NCBI RefSeq assembly: GCF_021869535.1
Contig: NW_026262712.1
Location: forward strand, 115,072,001 to 115,136,000
Reading direction: 5' to 3'
From: Mytilus californianus
Lineage: Eukaryota
Length of the DNA: 64,000 bases
Below the pieces are notes generated by a model, which searched no databases, was not told where the DNA came from, and saw nothing but the letters and a program-made list of their open reading frames with translations. A program made the translations under genes and the position numbers. The first letter of the stretch is position 1. The number at the start of each line of letters is the position of its first letter. Shown piece by piece: positions 11,689 through 25,874 of the stretch.

Positions 11689-13689
11689 TTTGTTAGTCTT
11701 GTATGTTTTTTAATTTTAGTTCATTTATATGGTTTGGGGTTTAGTTTGACGTCCATTATCACTGAACTAGTACACTTTTTTGTTTAGAGGCCAGCTAAAG
11801 CACGCCTCCGGATGCGGGATTTGCTCGCTGTGTTGAAAACCAATTGATGGCCTTCGGCTGTTTTCTGCTCTTTGGTCGGGTTGTTGTCTCTTTGACACAT
11901 TCCCTATTTCCATTCTTAATTTTATATTTTGGTTAAAAGGGTGCGTTGACATTTGATGAACGTTTTCTTCCCTGTTATACTCAAAATAAGCATTATTGGG
12001 ATAGAACTCATTTCCCTTACATAGTGGAGACTAAGGGTAATTTGAATCTGGGGTCTTTGTTTAATGACCGTAAAATTTAGGTCAAAGGTAAAATTGACGT
12101 TCTAGATTTTGACTTTTGCTGTTGATTCATATTTATACATGATAAAACCATGGGATCTTTTACATTAGGTAAGTAGAAATATGACCTTGAAAATGTCAAC
12201 CAGAAGTGACTTTTTTTTAAATCGGAAGTAGCAATTTATCTCCCTTATTTAAATCAAAAGTACATAGAAACTATATTTTTTGTTTTAATTAGAGCAAAGA
12301 AAGCTATTATTTGACACCGGAAGTGACTTTGAAATAACCGGAAGTGACTTATTATCTTCCTCAATTAATTAAAAAAAGTGCCTCAAACATCGTTTTTTCA
12401 AAATCATTGTGTGATAGGCTATCATTTAAACAAGGACATACTGTTTTTTATCAAAATTTTCTCATCTTAAATGAATTTGAGTGGAAAGACCTTCAGTTGT
12501 TCTCTGAACAATTGGTTTTGAGATTTATCTATATTTTGTTTTACATGAACCTTCTCGGTGTTTTTTTTTAATTCGAAATTTTTCTCCTGGTCTCTATGAT
12601 TTTGTATCTCTAAAATGCTGCGATGTGACGATTGTTTATATATAACATTTTTTCTACAGTTGAAAATAAGGTATTAAATTGTTGTCTAACTTGTTTAGGA
12701 TCAGTTAAGGCAATTTTTTATTGGGCCTGATTTACACTTTTTAAAGAAAAAAGATTTAATAATTTTTCAAAAATCACATGTATGATATTGTACAACTGAA
12801 GCATCTTTTAAAGAAATAAGTTTTCATTGATCGTTTTAAAATATTGTTTTCTATATGTTCCCGAAGATATTGTTTTCTTTGTTCTGTGTAACATGAATAT
12901 AACATATGTTATAACGGTGAATGGTTTTTCCCAAATCACTATTCATGCATGGGAGTGGATTCCTCTAGAACATCTTGTTTTTAAGGTGCATTGTCAAATA
13001 TATTTTTTATGACACATTCTTTTCATTATTTGTATACTTTTATCTTTTATGAAAATCACTCACACCTGTTGTAGTGTTGAGTGCATTGATACATTATCTT
13101 TTCATTGGTGAAAAGAACATCCACTTATAATGATGTTTTAATTATCTTTTCATAAAAAACATGTTGGTTCTTTTACAATTTGAGGTAAGTTAAAAAATAT
13201 CACATATAACATGTCTGGGACTATCAAACTTAGTCAGTATAATAGTCCCAGATCATTAAAGGTTGATATTTACTATGATTTAAAAAATAAAAATTCAGAT
13301 CATATTTTATAATACTGTACATTTGTCTAAGTTATTTAAATATATTTTGCCAAATCATTGAATGTTACAGAAGGTGGTTTGTATATACCCATTATAGTCA
13401 TTTCTTGGTGTAGATATTGGGTTCGAGACAAATGTTTTCAAAATTGTCAGACTCTAAGTTGGTTTTCTGCTAGATGTCTATGTAAAGGATACACGTTACA
13501 TGCCATATTTAAAGATAAACTGCAGTATAGTAGTGAAATATGTGAAAATAAACACATGCAATAAAAGAGGGGTTTTCGGTTTGGAGGGAGATGTAAATAC
13601 GCAACCAAGTCTAGTCAGAATGATAACAATTGCAGTAATTTGAGTGGGCTTTAGGTGGTCTGTCACAAAACAAAATTTAAATAGTTTAT

Positions 13690-13748
13690 CTGCTCTTTGG
13701 TCGGGTTGTTGTCTCTTTGACATATTCCCCATTTCCATTCTCAATTTT
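13690..13748 (+). mobile_element. Very short 3'-end copy of the same Naiad-type family
   Basis: TGCTCTTTGGTCGGGTTG...CCATTCTCAATTTT. Absent at the paralogous site (~4945). Confidence 0.7.
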
Positions 13749-15017
13749 ACCTTTAACAAACCATATCGGTTTCAGTGGAAGTCTAAATTTCCCTACTTTC
13801 ATTCAGGTTGACCTACAATACAGATTCTGCCTTTAGGGTAAAAACGTTCCCGTCATGGTCATTTAATAAAATACAGTCGTCGTTGTGCTCACTTATGCCA
13901 TCTCTGAACAGCCATCATAGTCTTCACCCGAGCTCTTTGGCATGAAAATTTTGAATCAAATAACGGGTATTGAATTCGAAGGGATCTTATGTTATCTGAT
14001 TTTGGACCCTGAATATTCGCATATCCCATCAATTTCTGAATCCTGTATATCCTAACATACTTATCCTAACAGGTCATTGACAATGGATCCTTGATAAAAT
14101 TAAGTATATGTGATTTTTTCAGTAAAATCTTCATATTATATACTTTCCACATAAATATTATCAAGTTAAGCAGGCGAGACATTTCATCATTGTTGTTTAA
14201 AATTTTAACCAATTGTCTGAGTACTTTTTCTTCACCTGTTTTTGTTTTATACTTTAGCTAGCATACTTCCTGTTGTGTATTGTCGAATGCAAATTGCATT
14301 TCAAGTCATTTTCTTCTCAATCGTGAGCTCGGGAAGGAAATAAAGTTTTATTTTTGGTTTACATTTACATTTCAAAACTATTATAATTATAGCCATTTTA
14401 GCGGAAGTAGGGTAACAATAGTTAATCAATGTCAGAAAAATATCAACGTTTTGTGTTCGGCATTAAACTGTTGAATGGTGAGGTTTTCTAAGCCTGATAT
14501 AAAAAGGATGATGTTTTTTCGTACCTTGACTTAACGGGATCTGTGACATATCAAACAAAAGCATATTAAACTTTCTTCAAGAAAGGTGCTTCAGACTAGA
14601 TGTTTGATACAAATATTATGGGCTAAAAGGACATTGGTTTTAGAAGATTAATTCTGGGAATTACCATACTATAGTTTAATAGGGAAAGGAATGCTGACAT
14701 GGATATCATGCATTCTACATTAGGTACGTTTGTGTATGAATCATATATCCTATATGGTACGTCATGAACTTTGCAGAAAAGGTTTTCCGGTTGACAGCCA
14801 TGTTGTGATAAACGTGAGGAAAATTGGTCCTGGTAAATTGATTCTATCTGCTTAATATCTAATATTTCACTTAAACAGAGTAGTACAACAAGCGTCATAT
14901 TCATTTAGTATTACTTTTTTACACTGAACGATGTGACTTTCATTTAATTTTCGCCTAAATTAACCAGTCTTCAATCGGCGATTCCCGCCTGGGTTTACCT
15001 GTTCTTAAACAATAACA

Positions 15018-15380
15018 ATGGCTGACTACAAGTGTAAAGATTTTGCCGACATTGGAAAATGTTGTCAGAAATTACATGTTTATATCAACACTGAAGTAGA
15101 AAAACTAAAAGTAAAGCAAGAACAGATTGATGATCGAGTTAAAATACTTGAAAACCAGGCCGAGTTTGCTAACGGTCAGCTACATGACATTCATAACTGT
15201 CACAAAGCTGCCTAGGGGTGCGGATACAGTGTGGTCCCGGACCTCCCACCTTCACTTGCAGTTCGTCGCGGTTAATTTCTGGCAGAAAGAAACAAGATGT
15301 CCAGTGAGGAGAAAAGAAAATGCAGACTAGTATATTTGAAAGAGCCACCTTTCGTCCAACTCATTAAGAAAAGATTCTAA
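15018..15380 (+). pseudogene. LINE ORF1 remnant (coiled-coil-like N-terminus, short C-terminal part)
   Basis: Heptad-like EVEKLKVKQEQIDDRVKILENQ, then VVPDLPPSLAVRR read through stops; occupies the ORF1 position. Confidence 0.5.
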
Positions 15381-16994
15381 ACATTGTGCGTTTAGTACAG
15401 AGATCGCTTTGAAAATCGAATAATTTTCGCTTTCAAGATTTATTTGAACATTGTAATAAAAATGATCTTACATTTTTTTCTCCTTTTATATTTACTTTTT
15501 TTGTTAGCTTGTTTATATATTTATTTGAATGTATATTTTTTCTTTACTCTATCTCGTATTTCGTCAGGCAAAATTTTATATAACACTATTTGTGTTATTC
15601 GTGAGTTCTCCTCTCAATATCAACTTTTCTAAACGTGAATAGTGGGTGTGGCATAGTTGTACATTTCACATTCCTGTAGGCGGAGTCTTGTGTATTCATA
15701 AGGTAAACATTTGGACACTCGGAATCTCTCTATATTTTTCTTCTGCTACAATCATAACACAATGGAAGCCTCCGTGGAAAAAAACACATGTTATTATTTA
15801 ATCATAAGCCTCGTCACATATGTGCGGTTTACAGGTATAAAAATAAGAACAGGGTTTACCCTAACAACCTTAGTCCTACACATGCATCTGTTGATTTTTA
15901 TCAAATTTCATTCCCCTAATTCGTATAATAAGTGTGTGCTATATTTATATGGTGTGTTTAATAATATATAGAAAAATATATATTCTTTTAGATACAATCA
16001 GAATGCGGTTAAAACTTAATCTAGATAACAAGGTATGGTCTTCATTTATTTACGCGTTATGCCTCCAATTTTGGAGTGAGCTGCCAAACCATTATAGTTA
16101 AGTTATTAGAAACATTTAGAACTTTCTCAAAATTAATTCCTACATTGAATGGCAGCTTAGACCAAAGTTGTGCATGCTGACAGCTTTGGTGCTTAATTGC
16201 ATTATTTATCTTGTGTTATCATGTTGACTAAAATGCTGGTCTGTTTACTGCATTATGTTTTTGCTGCTTTAGTTTAAAAGCTTTATTTTTGTGAAAGCAT
16301 GTTGCTTGATATGTTTATTTGTTTTCTGCATATTATGCTTATGATTTATTTATTTTTTTTTTTTTTTGTTGTTACTCATGCTTGTGAAGAAGTAAAGGTT
16401 TTTATACATGTGTGTATTGTCCATGTTTTTACATGTACTGTTTTGTCTAAAATTCACTGTATAGTTAAAAGTTATTAAATCATGCCCTTTAGTGGCTTGT
16501 AAAATTTGCACATTCACAAAAAATTTTGTACTATGACTTTATGTTACACCCACAATATCTGGGATTCAAGGGAATTGTATACATTAATTTAATTTTGGGT
16601 AGAGTTTTCTACAGTTTATGAGGAGAAAATGATTTATTTGCAGATCTGTTATCAAAATTCTTACTATACCAGGACCATAATAACTCAACAAATTTAAAGA
16701 ACTTATTCACGGTCTGGCAAATTTGGTTACTACTTAAAATGACCCGGAAAGGGGGGATTAAAAAGGGAGGGAATTCAAAAGGGCGGGGAAATATTATTTT
16801 GAAAATCCTGAACTGCTACCAAGCTCAGTGAGATCTTATTTACTTTATATATTTTTTACAGATGTCTAAAGGAATGCTATTATTTATTTGTCAGTATGTT
16901 AAAAAAATCAGGAATGACATACCATCATAGTATACTGAAAACATTTGACTGTTGGATAGAATTACATAATACATCTATTGCACATTTTCGATAA

Positions 16995-19900
16995 ATGACA
17001 AGTCTGAAAATAGGTGCTCTTAACTGTAGGGGTCTGTCAGAGGAGGTGAAGAGAAGAGATTTTTTTTCAAGATATAGGAAAAAATATGATATAATTATAT
17101 TAACAGATACACATTGTACTACAGAAAAAGAAAAACAGTGGGGGTATAAGGCATTCTTTAGCTCTGGATCCAGCCGCTCAAGAGGGGTAGCAATCTTAAT
17201 AAAAAATCGTTTTACATTTATTATTCATCAAGAAAAAAAGGATCAGGAAGGCAATTTTATCATTATAGATATGACCATTCAAGATTATCGACTGTCTCTT
17301 GTTGCAATATATAGTTCCAATGGGGACTCTTCAATTTTTTTTGAAAATATAAAAAGTCTAGTATCGTATAAAAAATAGCTCCATGATTATGGCTGGAGAT
17401 TGGAATGTGGTGCAAGACTTTGATAAGGACACCTCAAACTATAGTGCTAAAAACAATATAAGAGCACATGATAAAATTTTAGATATGATAGAGTCCCTGG
17501 ACCTTGTTGATATATGGCGAGCTTTAAATCCGGATACAAAAAGATTAACATGGCGTGGACCTGGGCCTAAGCAAAGCCGTTTGGATTACTTTTTGATTTC
17601 CTCTAATCTTGAACCATTTGTAAAAAATGTAGACATGGATATTAGTTATAGGTCTGATCGTTCTCCAGTGTACCTGGCCTTAAAGTTTTACAGTCAAATT
17701 AAAGGTTTAGGCACATGGAAATTTAATAATAGCTTACTACATGATATGGTCTATGTAACTGAAGTAAAAAATTGCATTAGGGAAACTATAAATCAATACT
17801 CTCTGCCTGGAAATGATCTTGAAACAGATTTATCAGTAAACCCACACATGTTTTGGGAACTCTTAAAATGTATGATAAGAGGGAAAACAATATCATATGC
17901 CAGTTATATAAAAATGAAAAACACAAAAACCGAAAATGATTTAGAACTTAAGTTAGCTAAATTACTTGAAAATTATGAAAAGATCCCTCAGAATTAATAA
18001 ATACAGAAAATTAAAATTTTAGAAGATGAACTTGTTCAACACAGAAAGAAAATAGTAACAGGTATTATGACAAGAGCAAAGGCAACATGGGTAGCAGAAG
18101 GTGAAAAATGTACTAACTTTTTTTATAATCTAGAAAAAAGAAATTATAATGAGAAAATAATTCCAAAATTAATTAAGGATAATGGAGAGGAAATTCTTAA
18201 TCAAGGTGAAATTTTAGAAGAACTAAAATCATTTTTGAAAAATTGTAGTCGTCAACAAATCCTATTCTTCATCAAGAACATAAAAATCTATTTTTTGATG
18301 AAAATAATCCTTTTATCCGCAAACTTTCTGATGAACAGAGGTTACAGGCAGAGGGTAATTTGAATGCTAATGAATGCTTAAAAACATTGAAAAATATGAA
18401 AATGGTAAATCTCCAGGGATGGATGGATTTACAACTGATTTTTATAAATTCTTTTTTATAGACCTCCATGAATTTATTATAAAATCTTTTAATTATAGCT
18501 TAGAAACTGGAACTTTTTCTGTTAGTCAGAAACAAGGAGTTATAACATGCATTTCAAAAGAGGGTAAATCAATATTTCAATTAAAAAACTGGAGACCAAT
18601 CACTTTATTAAATGTTGATACAAAAATTGCATCAGCTGCTTTAGCAAATAGAATAAAACCTTTTCTTGGGGATATAATTAGTGAAACACAGCAAGGTTTC
18701 ATAAAGGGAAGGTATATTGGAGAATGTACCAGTCTTATTTTTGACATTATGGAAAAGGCAGAAGATGATACTCTTCCAGGTCTTTTACTTTTATTAGACT
18801 TTGAGAAAGCTTTTGATACTCTTGAATGGTCATTTATAGACTTGGCTCTGTCTTTTTTAGGATTTGGTCCTATTTTTTGTAAATGGGTCAATCCCTTATA
18901 TTCAGAATCTCAGAGCTGTATTATAAACAATGGACACTGCTCTCAATTTTTTAATATTTGTCGGGGTGTTAGACAAGGTGATCCTTTATCTCCTTATCTC
19001 TTTATATTATCTTTAGATCTTATGAGCGCTGCACTTAAAAATAACCCGGAGATAAATGGTATGAAAATAAATGATTCAGAATATCTACTAAGCCAGTATG
19101 CAGATGACCCATGTCTTTTATTAGACGAGAATAAGCAATCTTTAGAAAAATGTTTATATACTTTAGAAAAATTCTCTGAGTGTGCGGGACTAAGGGCTCA
19201 TTTTGATAAAACTGAAGCCATATGGATTGGGTCACGGGATAAACTAACAACTACAAGAAATTTGAACTGGAATTATTCAGGAAAATTTAGACTCTTAGGA
19301 ATAAAATTTGATCTGTTCAGTGAAAATAAAACGCTTGTAAATTTTGTGGAAAAAATTAAAAACAATACAGAGCTTACTTAATTCCTGGGTATATAGAGAT
19401 TTAACATATATGGGACAGATCACTGTTATTAATTCATTAGCTCTAGCTATTCTAATTCAGTCATTGACAGTTTTGCCAAACCCACTGGTTAATAAATTAA
19501 AGAAATTCAAAATATTTTTTTTAGGTTCTTGTGGTCAGGAAAACCAGATAAGATTAAAAGAAAAGTTATGATAGGGTTATATGAAAAAGCTTAAGGGGGG
19601 TTGAAAATGCCAGATAAAAGATCTTTTTGTTATTCACTAAAGATGACATGGATAAATAAACTTTTAGACCCCTTGAATATATCCCCATGGAAAACACTGT
19701 TAATAGATCAATACAACAGATTCGGAGCAGACAAAATATGGTTGATGACCCCTGATGGTATCCAAAAGATTTCTACAAATTTTAATAATTTTTGGAAAGA
19801 TATTTTACTAAACTAGAATATCCTAAACACTGTCACTAATGACACTGCTGAAGGGATCATGAAACAATCCATATGGCTAAACAAGAGTTTGACAATAAAT

Positions 19901-20762
19901 AATAAAACTGTCTTTTACCAGAGGTGGGTTGAATCAGGAGTTTTCGTTGTAGGTGATTTACTTAATAAAAACACTGAATTTTTGACTTTAAAGGAATTCT
20001 GCAGAAAATATAATCTTAATATTAATTTCTTGGAATACCATTCTATAATTCATATGATACCAAAAGCCTGGAAAGATCTAATCACTACTTCTGAGAAAAT
20101 TATGCACATATCTAATGATAAATTTGAATTTATTAAAAACAATAAAAAGTCATGTCAATTCTTTTATAAAAAAATCTTGTCCATGTATACAGAACGCCCT
20201 ACAAAACAAGAAGACAAAATGTGTAAAGAACTAAGCACTCATATAGAAAATTGGGATTTCATTTATAGTTTACCCTTTTGTTGCACTAAAAACAACAAAT
20301 TTAGTATGTTCCAGTTTAAGATTTTACATAGAACTCTCGCTACAAATGCATTATTGCAGAAATATGGGTTAAAAGAAACTAACTAATGTAGTTTCTGTAA
20401 TGAAACTAAAGAAACTATAAGTCGCCTTTTCTGGGAATGTACCCAAGTTAGAAATTTAAGGTAAGAAATTGCAGCACTTTTTCAAGTTAAAAATAATCTA
20501 ACTTTAATATTAAATGTGGGAAATATTGTTCTTGGGTCCGAGTCTTGGGATGTTTCCCTATAAATATTCACTATTCTGATTAAGTATTACATTTGTACAT
20601 GTCGCTTTAACACTTCATTACCGACTCTTACAGGGGCGATAGCTATGATTAAAAATTCCTACCAAATATAAAAAAAATTCTACCTCCTTTTACAGATCCC
20701 CTAAAGCAAGAGAAAAATTTGATAGTAAATGGGAATTGATTAAAAACTTAGTTTATATGTGA
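16995..20762 (+). pseudogene. LINE ORF2 (APE endonuclease, reverse transcriptase, CCHC finger) with many stops and frameshifts
   Basis: LNCRGL, GDWN, SRLDY, SDR (for SDH), KSPGMDG, WRPITLLN, LDFEKAFD, GVRQGDPLSP, QYADD, CSFC..ETISRLFWEC. Confidence 0.93.
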
Positions 20763-21721
20763 AGAGTATCTTTTTGTACTCACTTAATGCTTTACAATAA
20801 TTCATGTAGAATTAATAATATGTTGATGTACATCACAACTGGACAGTGATTTGTGTGCATCATAAAAGTGCTATCTATGATGTTTATTGATATTGTTATA
20901 CATGTATATATATATTGATATACTTATTTTTGCTTGATTGTATTTGAATTATCCCCCCTTCACTTAGGTTGTCATTTAATGTGGTTATTTATTCTGTGAT
21001 TCTGTCCTACATGTCCTGTCTGACCCTTATCTGTTAATGATCTCTGGTGGCCTCTCCTGGTACCTGTCATGTTCAACATCATAGTACTGACAGTGATGCA
21101 TGTGGCAAGAGGAGAAGGCTGTTGCCATCATTAACCTTATCAAAATATTCATGTACTCTCATCCAGAGTGATAAATGATGAGTATGATCTAGTAGATAAT
21201 TATCATATAGATAATATAAAATTAGCATTTTTTACTTTTTAACTTTAGACTGTTATTGAAAAATTTAATATTAATACATGTATTATTAATTATCTATGTA
21301 TTTATGTATCACAATACTTGTTGTTTTTTTCAGATAAAATAAAAATAAATTACAAAAAAAAAACTTTGCAGAAAAACAACTACGATAATAATGAATGTTA
21401 AATACACGTAAATTGAATACAGCCTAAACGTCGGTCAGATTTAATACATTTTTATATTCAGGACTCAATAGCCTGTATAGGTCATCATATTTTTGCATAT
21501 CATTTGGTTTTCATTTAATTGTGCAGTAACTAATATTTCGTGTACAAATCATACAATCAGACTTGATGGACTCAGAAAAAAAACGTATTTCAAATTGAGG
21601 TATTGGTTTTCACACGCTTTATTACAAATATAAACGACTTCATTTTCTTTTAATGAAGAAAACTACGAAATAATAACGTCCTTTTTTCATTTAAACCAGT
21701 TCGTTTGAGCAAGACGGCTGT

Positions 21722-24251
21722 CTAAAATAACCTCCTTGGTGTGAGCAGCAATTTTAGTTTCTCCCAAATAGCATCCGTATTAAAATGTTCGTCATCCGCC
21801 CATTCTATCAGGTACACATAGTTCTAGATATAAAAACATTTACGAGGTACATCTGTCATTTTAATGTCCTTTGTAAGAACGATTACTGTTTCTAAATTGC
21901 TTCTTATTTTTTCGTACTGAGCTCTGTTTATCTCGAATGTGCGATCAGGGGATAGTTTATTCCCTGGAGTTATTACAAAGATAATGCATCTACTTTCTTT
22001 AATGGCTTCTGCCTCGTTATCCGCATGAGAAATCCCAGCAAGGAAATCCCTTTCTCTTATACACATGTTTAATACCCATTCCCCTTTAAGTTTTGAGACA
22101 AGCGTTTCTTTGGTCCAATAAACCGCATTACCTTCATAAGAAATATACACATTGTAAGTGTACTGCTTTTTGATTTTTTGTTCAACTACACGATTTATTA
22201 TTCCCTGCAAGGTAAACATGATTTTCCATCTTTTATTATACAACACTAGCAATATCGTTATTATGAATCCTGTTGACAGTAACGTTGTTGCTACTGTTAG
22301 CCACATAGAACTTTCACAATAAGCAAACAGATCGGGGAAAGAGTTATATGCATCCAATGTATTGCTGTTGCTTCCGTTAGGTAGTACACAGTTATACGAG
22401 CGACTGTCTAACTTTACATCCGTTATCTGCAACCATGTTATCAAGTCAATATTATTACACGAACATTCAAATGCATTTCCTGCTAAGAACAGTGACATCG
22501 AATGCATGGTTTGCATCTGATCAAGCCAATTCCTCATTTCGAAATTGATTCCTGTTAAAAGATTATTGCGAACATCAAGTGTTTTGATTTTAAAATGGTG
22601 TATCAACTGTATTGGAACACTTTGCAGTAAATTTTTTTAAACATTTAATCGAGATAGATTTTTCATTGGGTCTAACAAATTGTCCGAGAAGTACCAAATG
22701 TTGTTTTCTGATATATCAAGGATTTCCACTGAATTCAAGTTTCTGAAAAGGTCTTTCGGATGCGCTTTTATGCCTTCATTTAAATTGCGGTCCTTCCAGA
22801 CAACTGTTTTCAGATTGTTGTGAGGAAATCTACCGAATTCTTGCCAGACAAAAGAATAATCACTTCCACTATCAATAAGTGTTTCCAAATTGGGGGGATG
22901 ATGCTGAGAATCTGATTCGAAAAGCATCATCCCTGACACCAATTCATATAAAATGTCAAGATACTTCAAACTACTATTGAGAGAGACTAGATATATAATC
23001 GGTAAATCATTTGTCATCACGTAACTGGCATCCATTATTTCTACAGATTTTGAAAAAAAAGATGAAATCGGAAGGATTATCGAGACCTGCTGAAATGGTG
23101 TTTTCCTTAGACACGGGATAGCTTTCAACATTATAGGATATATCCCAAGTCTTCAAACGACTAGCTTGCCGGGTAAAGTTGTTTAGATATTGCAACTGTA
23201 TTTTATTAGATATTATAGTAAACCTATTCGCCCTCACCGATAGATGTTGTATACATTCAGAATAACGAAATGTAAATAAGGATCCAGGTTCGTAATCAAC
23301 AATACCATTTTGTGACAAATCCAACTTTTCAACACAAATAGTTCGTAAATACTTTGTCATCTCAGTTGTTAAAATCAACGAATAAGGAAATTCTTTGTTG
23401 TCAATGACAACGTCGCTCACGTGATGAAAATTTATAATTGACATGTTTTCATTTGTGTATGGATTAAGCAATAACAGTGCCTGCTTTAAATGCATAAATG
23501 TGTCAGAAAAATCGACGACCTTCAGCTCTGGAAACGGCAATAGAGTACCTGTTTCAACACGTACACAATGCAATCTACAATTTTGCATTATAAATGTTTC
23601 AACACAAGACGAGAAAAACTTAAATGTTTCATTGGTTAGGCTGACAACATAGCACGACTGGAATTCTATCCTATGGAGCCTTTTTAATAGTTTAAATCCT
23701 GGTCCAAATTTTGGTTTTGGCATTAAGTCAATCGATAAGTTTGTCAATTGATTTAAAACACTCAATGCCTTGTCTGGATACGTAAACATGGTGGAGAAGT
23801 TAGTATGCTGATCCATGTTTCTCCTGATGTTTAGAATATTCAATTTCCGTAAGGGCACGAACAGATCCATTGTATACACGTTAGAAAGATCAAGAAAATT
23901 ATCAGCCATTTCCAACGATTGAAGATTTCCTAATCCCTTAAATGACGAGTTTGATATATGATTAATTTTGTTTGAATTCAGATTAAGTTCCAATAAGCTT
24001 TTATAATTGACGAAAGCATCATTTGTAACACTTGTTATGTCGTTCCAACTAAGATTCAGTGCATTAATGTTTCGCGGTAAATTTTGAGGAACATGTACTA
24101 CAGAATGTAGTCCCATGTTACTACAGTCTGCCGTTATTATCGTACGGATTCCACTATTTGTCTCTTTTATCTTGCAATTAGATGAACATAAAACCGGTAT
24201 AAAATGGTAAATAAATGGATAAATGAACAACATTTCAACATAAAGCTCCAT
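21722..24251 (-). pseudogene. Toll-like receptor paralogue 3, full length but disabled
   Basis: Colinear with 6351-8873. Lesions: -2-nt frameshift in the A-tract at 23052-23068, TCA>TAA at 22637-22639, TGG>TAG at 21824-21826. Also an in-frame 9-nt insertion (GLHSVVHV). Confidence 0.93.
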
Positions 24252-24649
24252 CGTATGATTTTGTGAAGAATATATGAAAGTGTTTACTTAAATACAGTTT
24301 CGTTTCTCAATTTGTCACATAAAACATTGTTCGAATTTCCTGTCACGAATCAAAACTGTATTCTAGAGCGGTATCATATATTGTTGTAGCGGGGTTACAA
24401 TAAGCCGAATGAATCGGTAAAAAATTAACCTACAAACCTACATGAATTTATCATTGAACCTTCCTTGTTCGAATATCTTTTTTTTACACTTTATTACAAT
24501 GTTGTGTAACATTAATTATAGCAGATCTGGTTTTAACGTTTATTTGCAGTGAATCGACACGATAAATATTACACTATTGTTATGATATTTATACTTTATG
24601 TAACACTATCTTCCGTATCAAATGATATTAATTTCAGGTTAACACTCAA

Positions 24650-25010
24650 CCTAATCTACATTGATGACGTATCTGACTTTATACGTCATAGTCATACTAG
24701 GCTCTTTGCTGACGACATTATCATATACTGACAGATAAAATCTACATATCCGAGAGATTATTTAAAAGGGGCAAACAAATTGAAACAAGACTGGCCGATG
24801 CAGTTTCAGCCTGACAAATGTAACAAAGAAAAAACCTATTAATTGCTATAATAATATTCATGATCAGTTTCACATTCTTGTTTCAGTTGGAAATTTATAA
24901 TATCTCGGAGTAACAATATCATCAAATTTTAAGTGGACGAAACCCATTCAGAATATTACATCTAAAGCAAACAAGTCCTAATCATTTATCAGAAGAAATT
25001 ACAAAATAAA
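24650..25010 (+). mobile_element. Degenerate CR1/L2-type LINE RT fragment
   Basis: LIYIDD..HTRLFADDIIIY, W.MQFQPDKC, YLGVTISS..KW, SKANKS..FIRRN. Confidence 0.7.
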
Positions 25011-25874
25011 CAAGGTGGCTATTAATGGCAGAGTATACCAAGTCCTTTTCATACCAAAAACTGTATACTTTTGCATTGTAAAGATGTGGAAATCTTATTT
25101 AAGAAATAATTCATGGAAGCCATAGATTTGTTGGACATTTACACATGGCTTGGGCCGTGATTTTCAAATTTTATCCTGACATGTCGCAAATAAGGAGTGA
25201 GCCGCCATGTTAACTTTCTGAAATCCACAAATGTAAAAATAATGCAATAGAATAGAAAATGAAACAACACCTACCACAAAACTACATTTGAATGCGATAT
25301 TATCCAAACTTAGGGCGTATACGTAGCGGAAAACCTCCAGTTTGAGAGTTTTCATTCGTATGACGTCATGTTATGACATGACGTTAATGCGCCAAGATCA
25401 TTCACGAAATTTCGCGGAATTTTATTTTAATTTGATTTTATACATTTTTTAAGCTCTTGTGCATTAATTCTGTTTATAATGCATTAGAATGGGAATAACG
25501 GTTCTGTAGTTCTTTTTCAATTTCAATTTGAACACAACAAAATCGACATATTGTTTGCACATAGGTTACGATACATGTGTATTCAGTGGGAGGTAAATAG
25601 TAACAGCCATCAATATGTTATCTCGGAGTCTGCTCTCTATATATATATATAGAATTTTATCAGGCTGTTGTTTACAAAGCTAAAAAAAGCACGTCATATT
25701 AGAAATACAAATAGAATATCCAGTGTCACAAAAATGCTATACAAACAAAAATCGACAGGTTGTAGGTATGTCCTATGGGCACTAATTGCGCCCCTTTAAT
25801 AGCAGACTTGTATTTGTACTGTTATGAATCACAGTTTATGACCAAACTCAGTAAAGACCCGTCTTAATTGCATT

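Larger units (their letters stand above)
9294..11923 (+). mobile_element. 5'-truncated, degenerate Penelope-like retroelement of Naiad type (CxC linker + C-terminal RT + long 3' tail)
   Basis: Broken frames encode S-(TGA)-S-C..YHVITGDL, FVFVPADKAANNII, LPRLHK, FDFSTLY, GIPMGTNCAP, RYLDD. ORF stop at 11280-11282. Absent at the paralogous site (~2243). Confidence 0.8.
14781..21361 (+). mobile_element. Full-length, inactivated L1/Tx1-clade LINE
   Basis: 14-bp TSD AACTTTGCAGAAAA at 14767-14780 and 21362-21375; empty site at 5991-6004; AATAAA and A-tail at the 3' end; ORF1 remnant plus APE-RT-CCHC ORF2. Confidence 0.93.
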
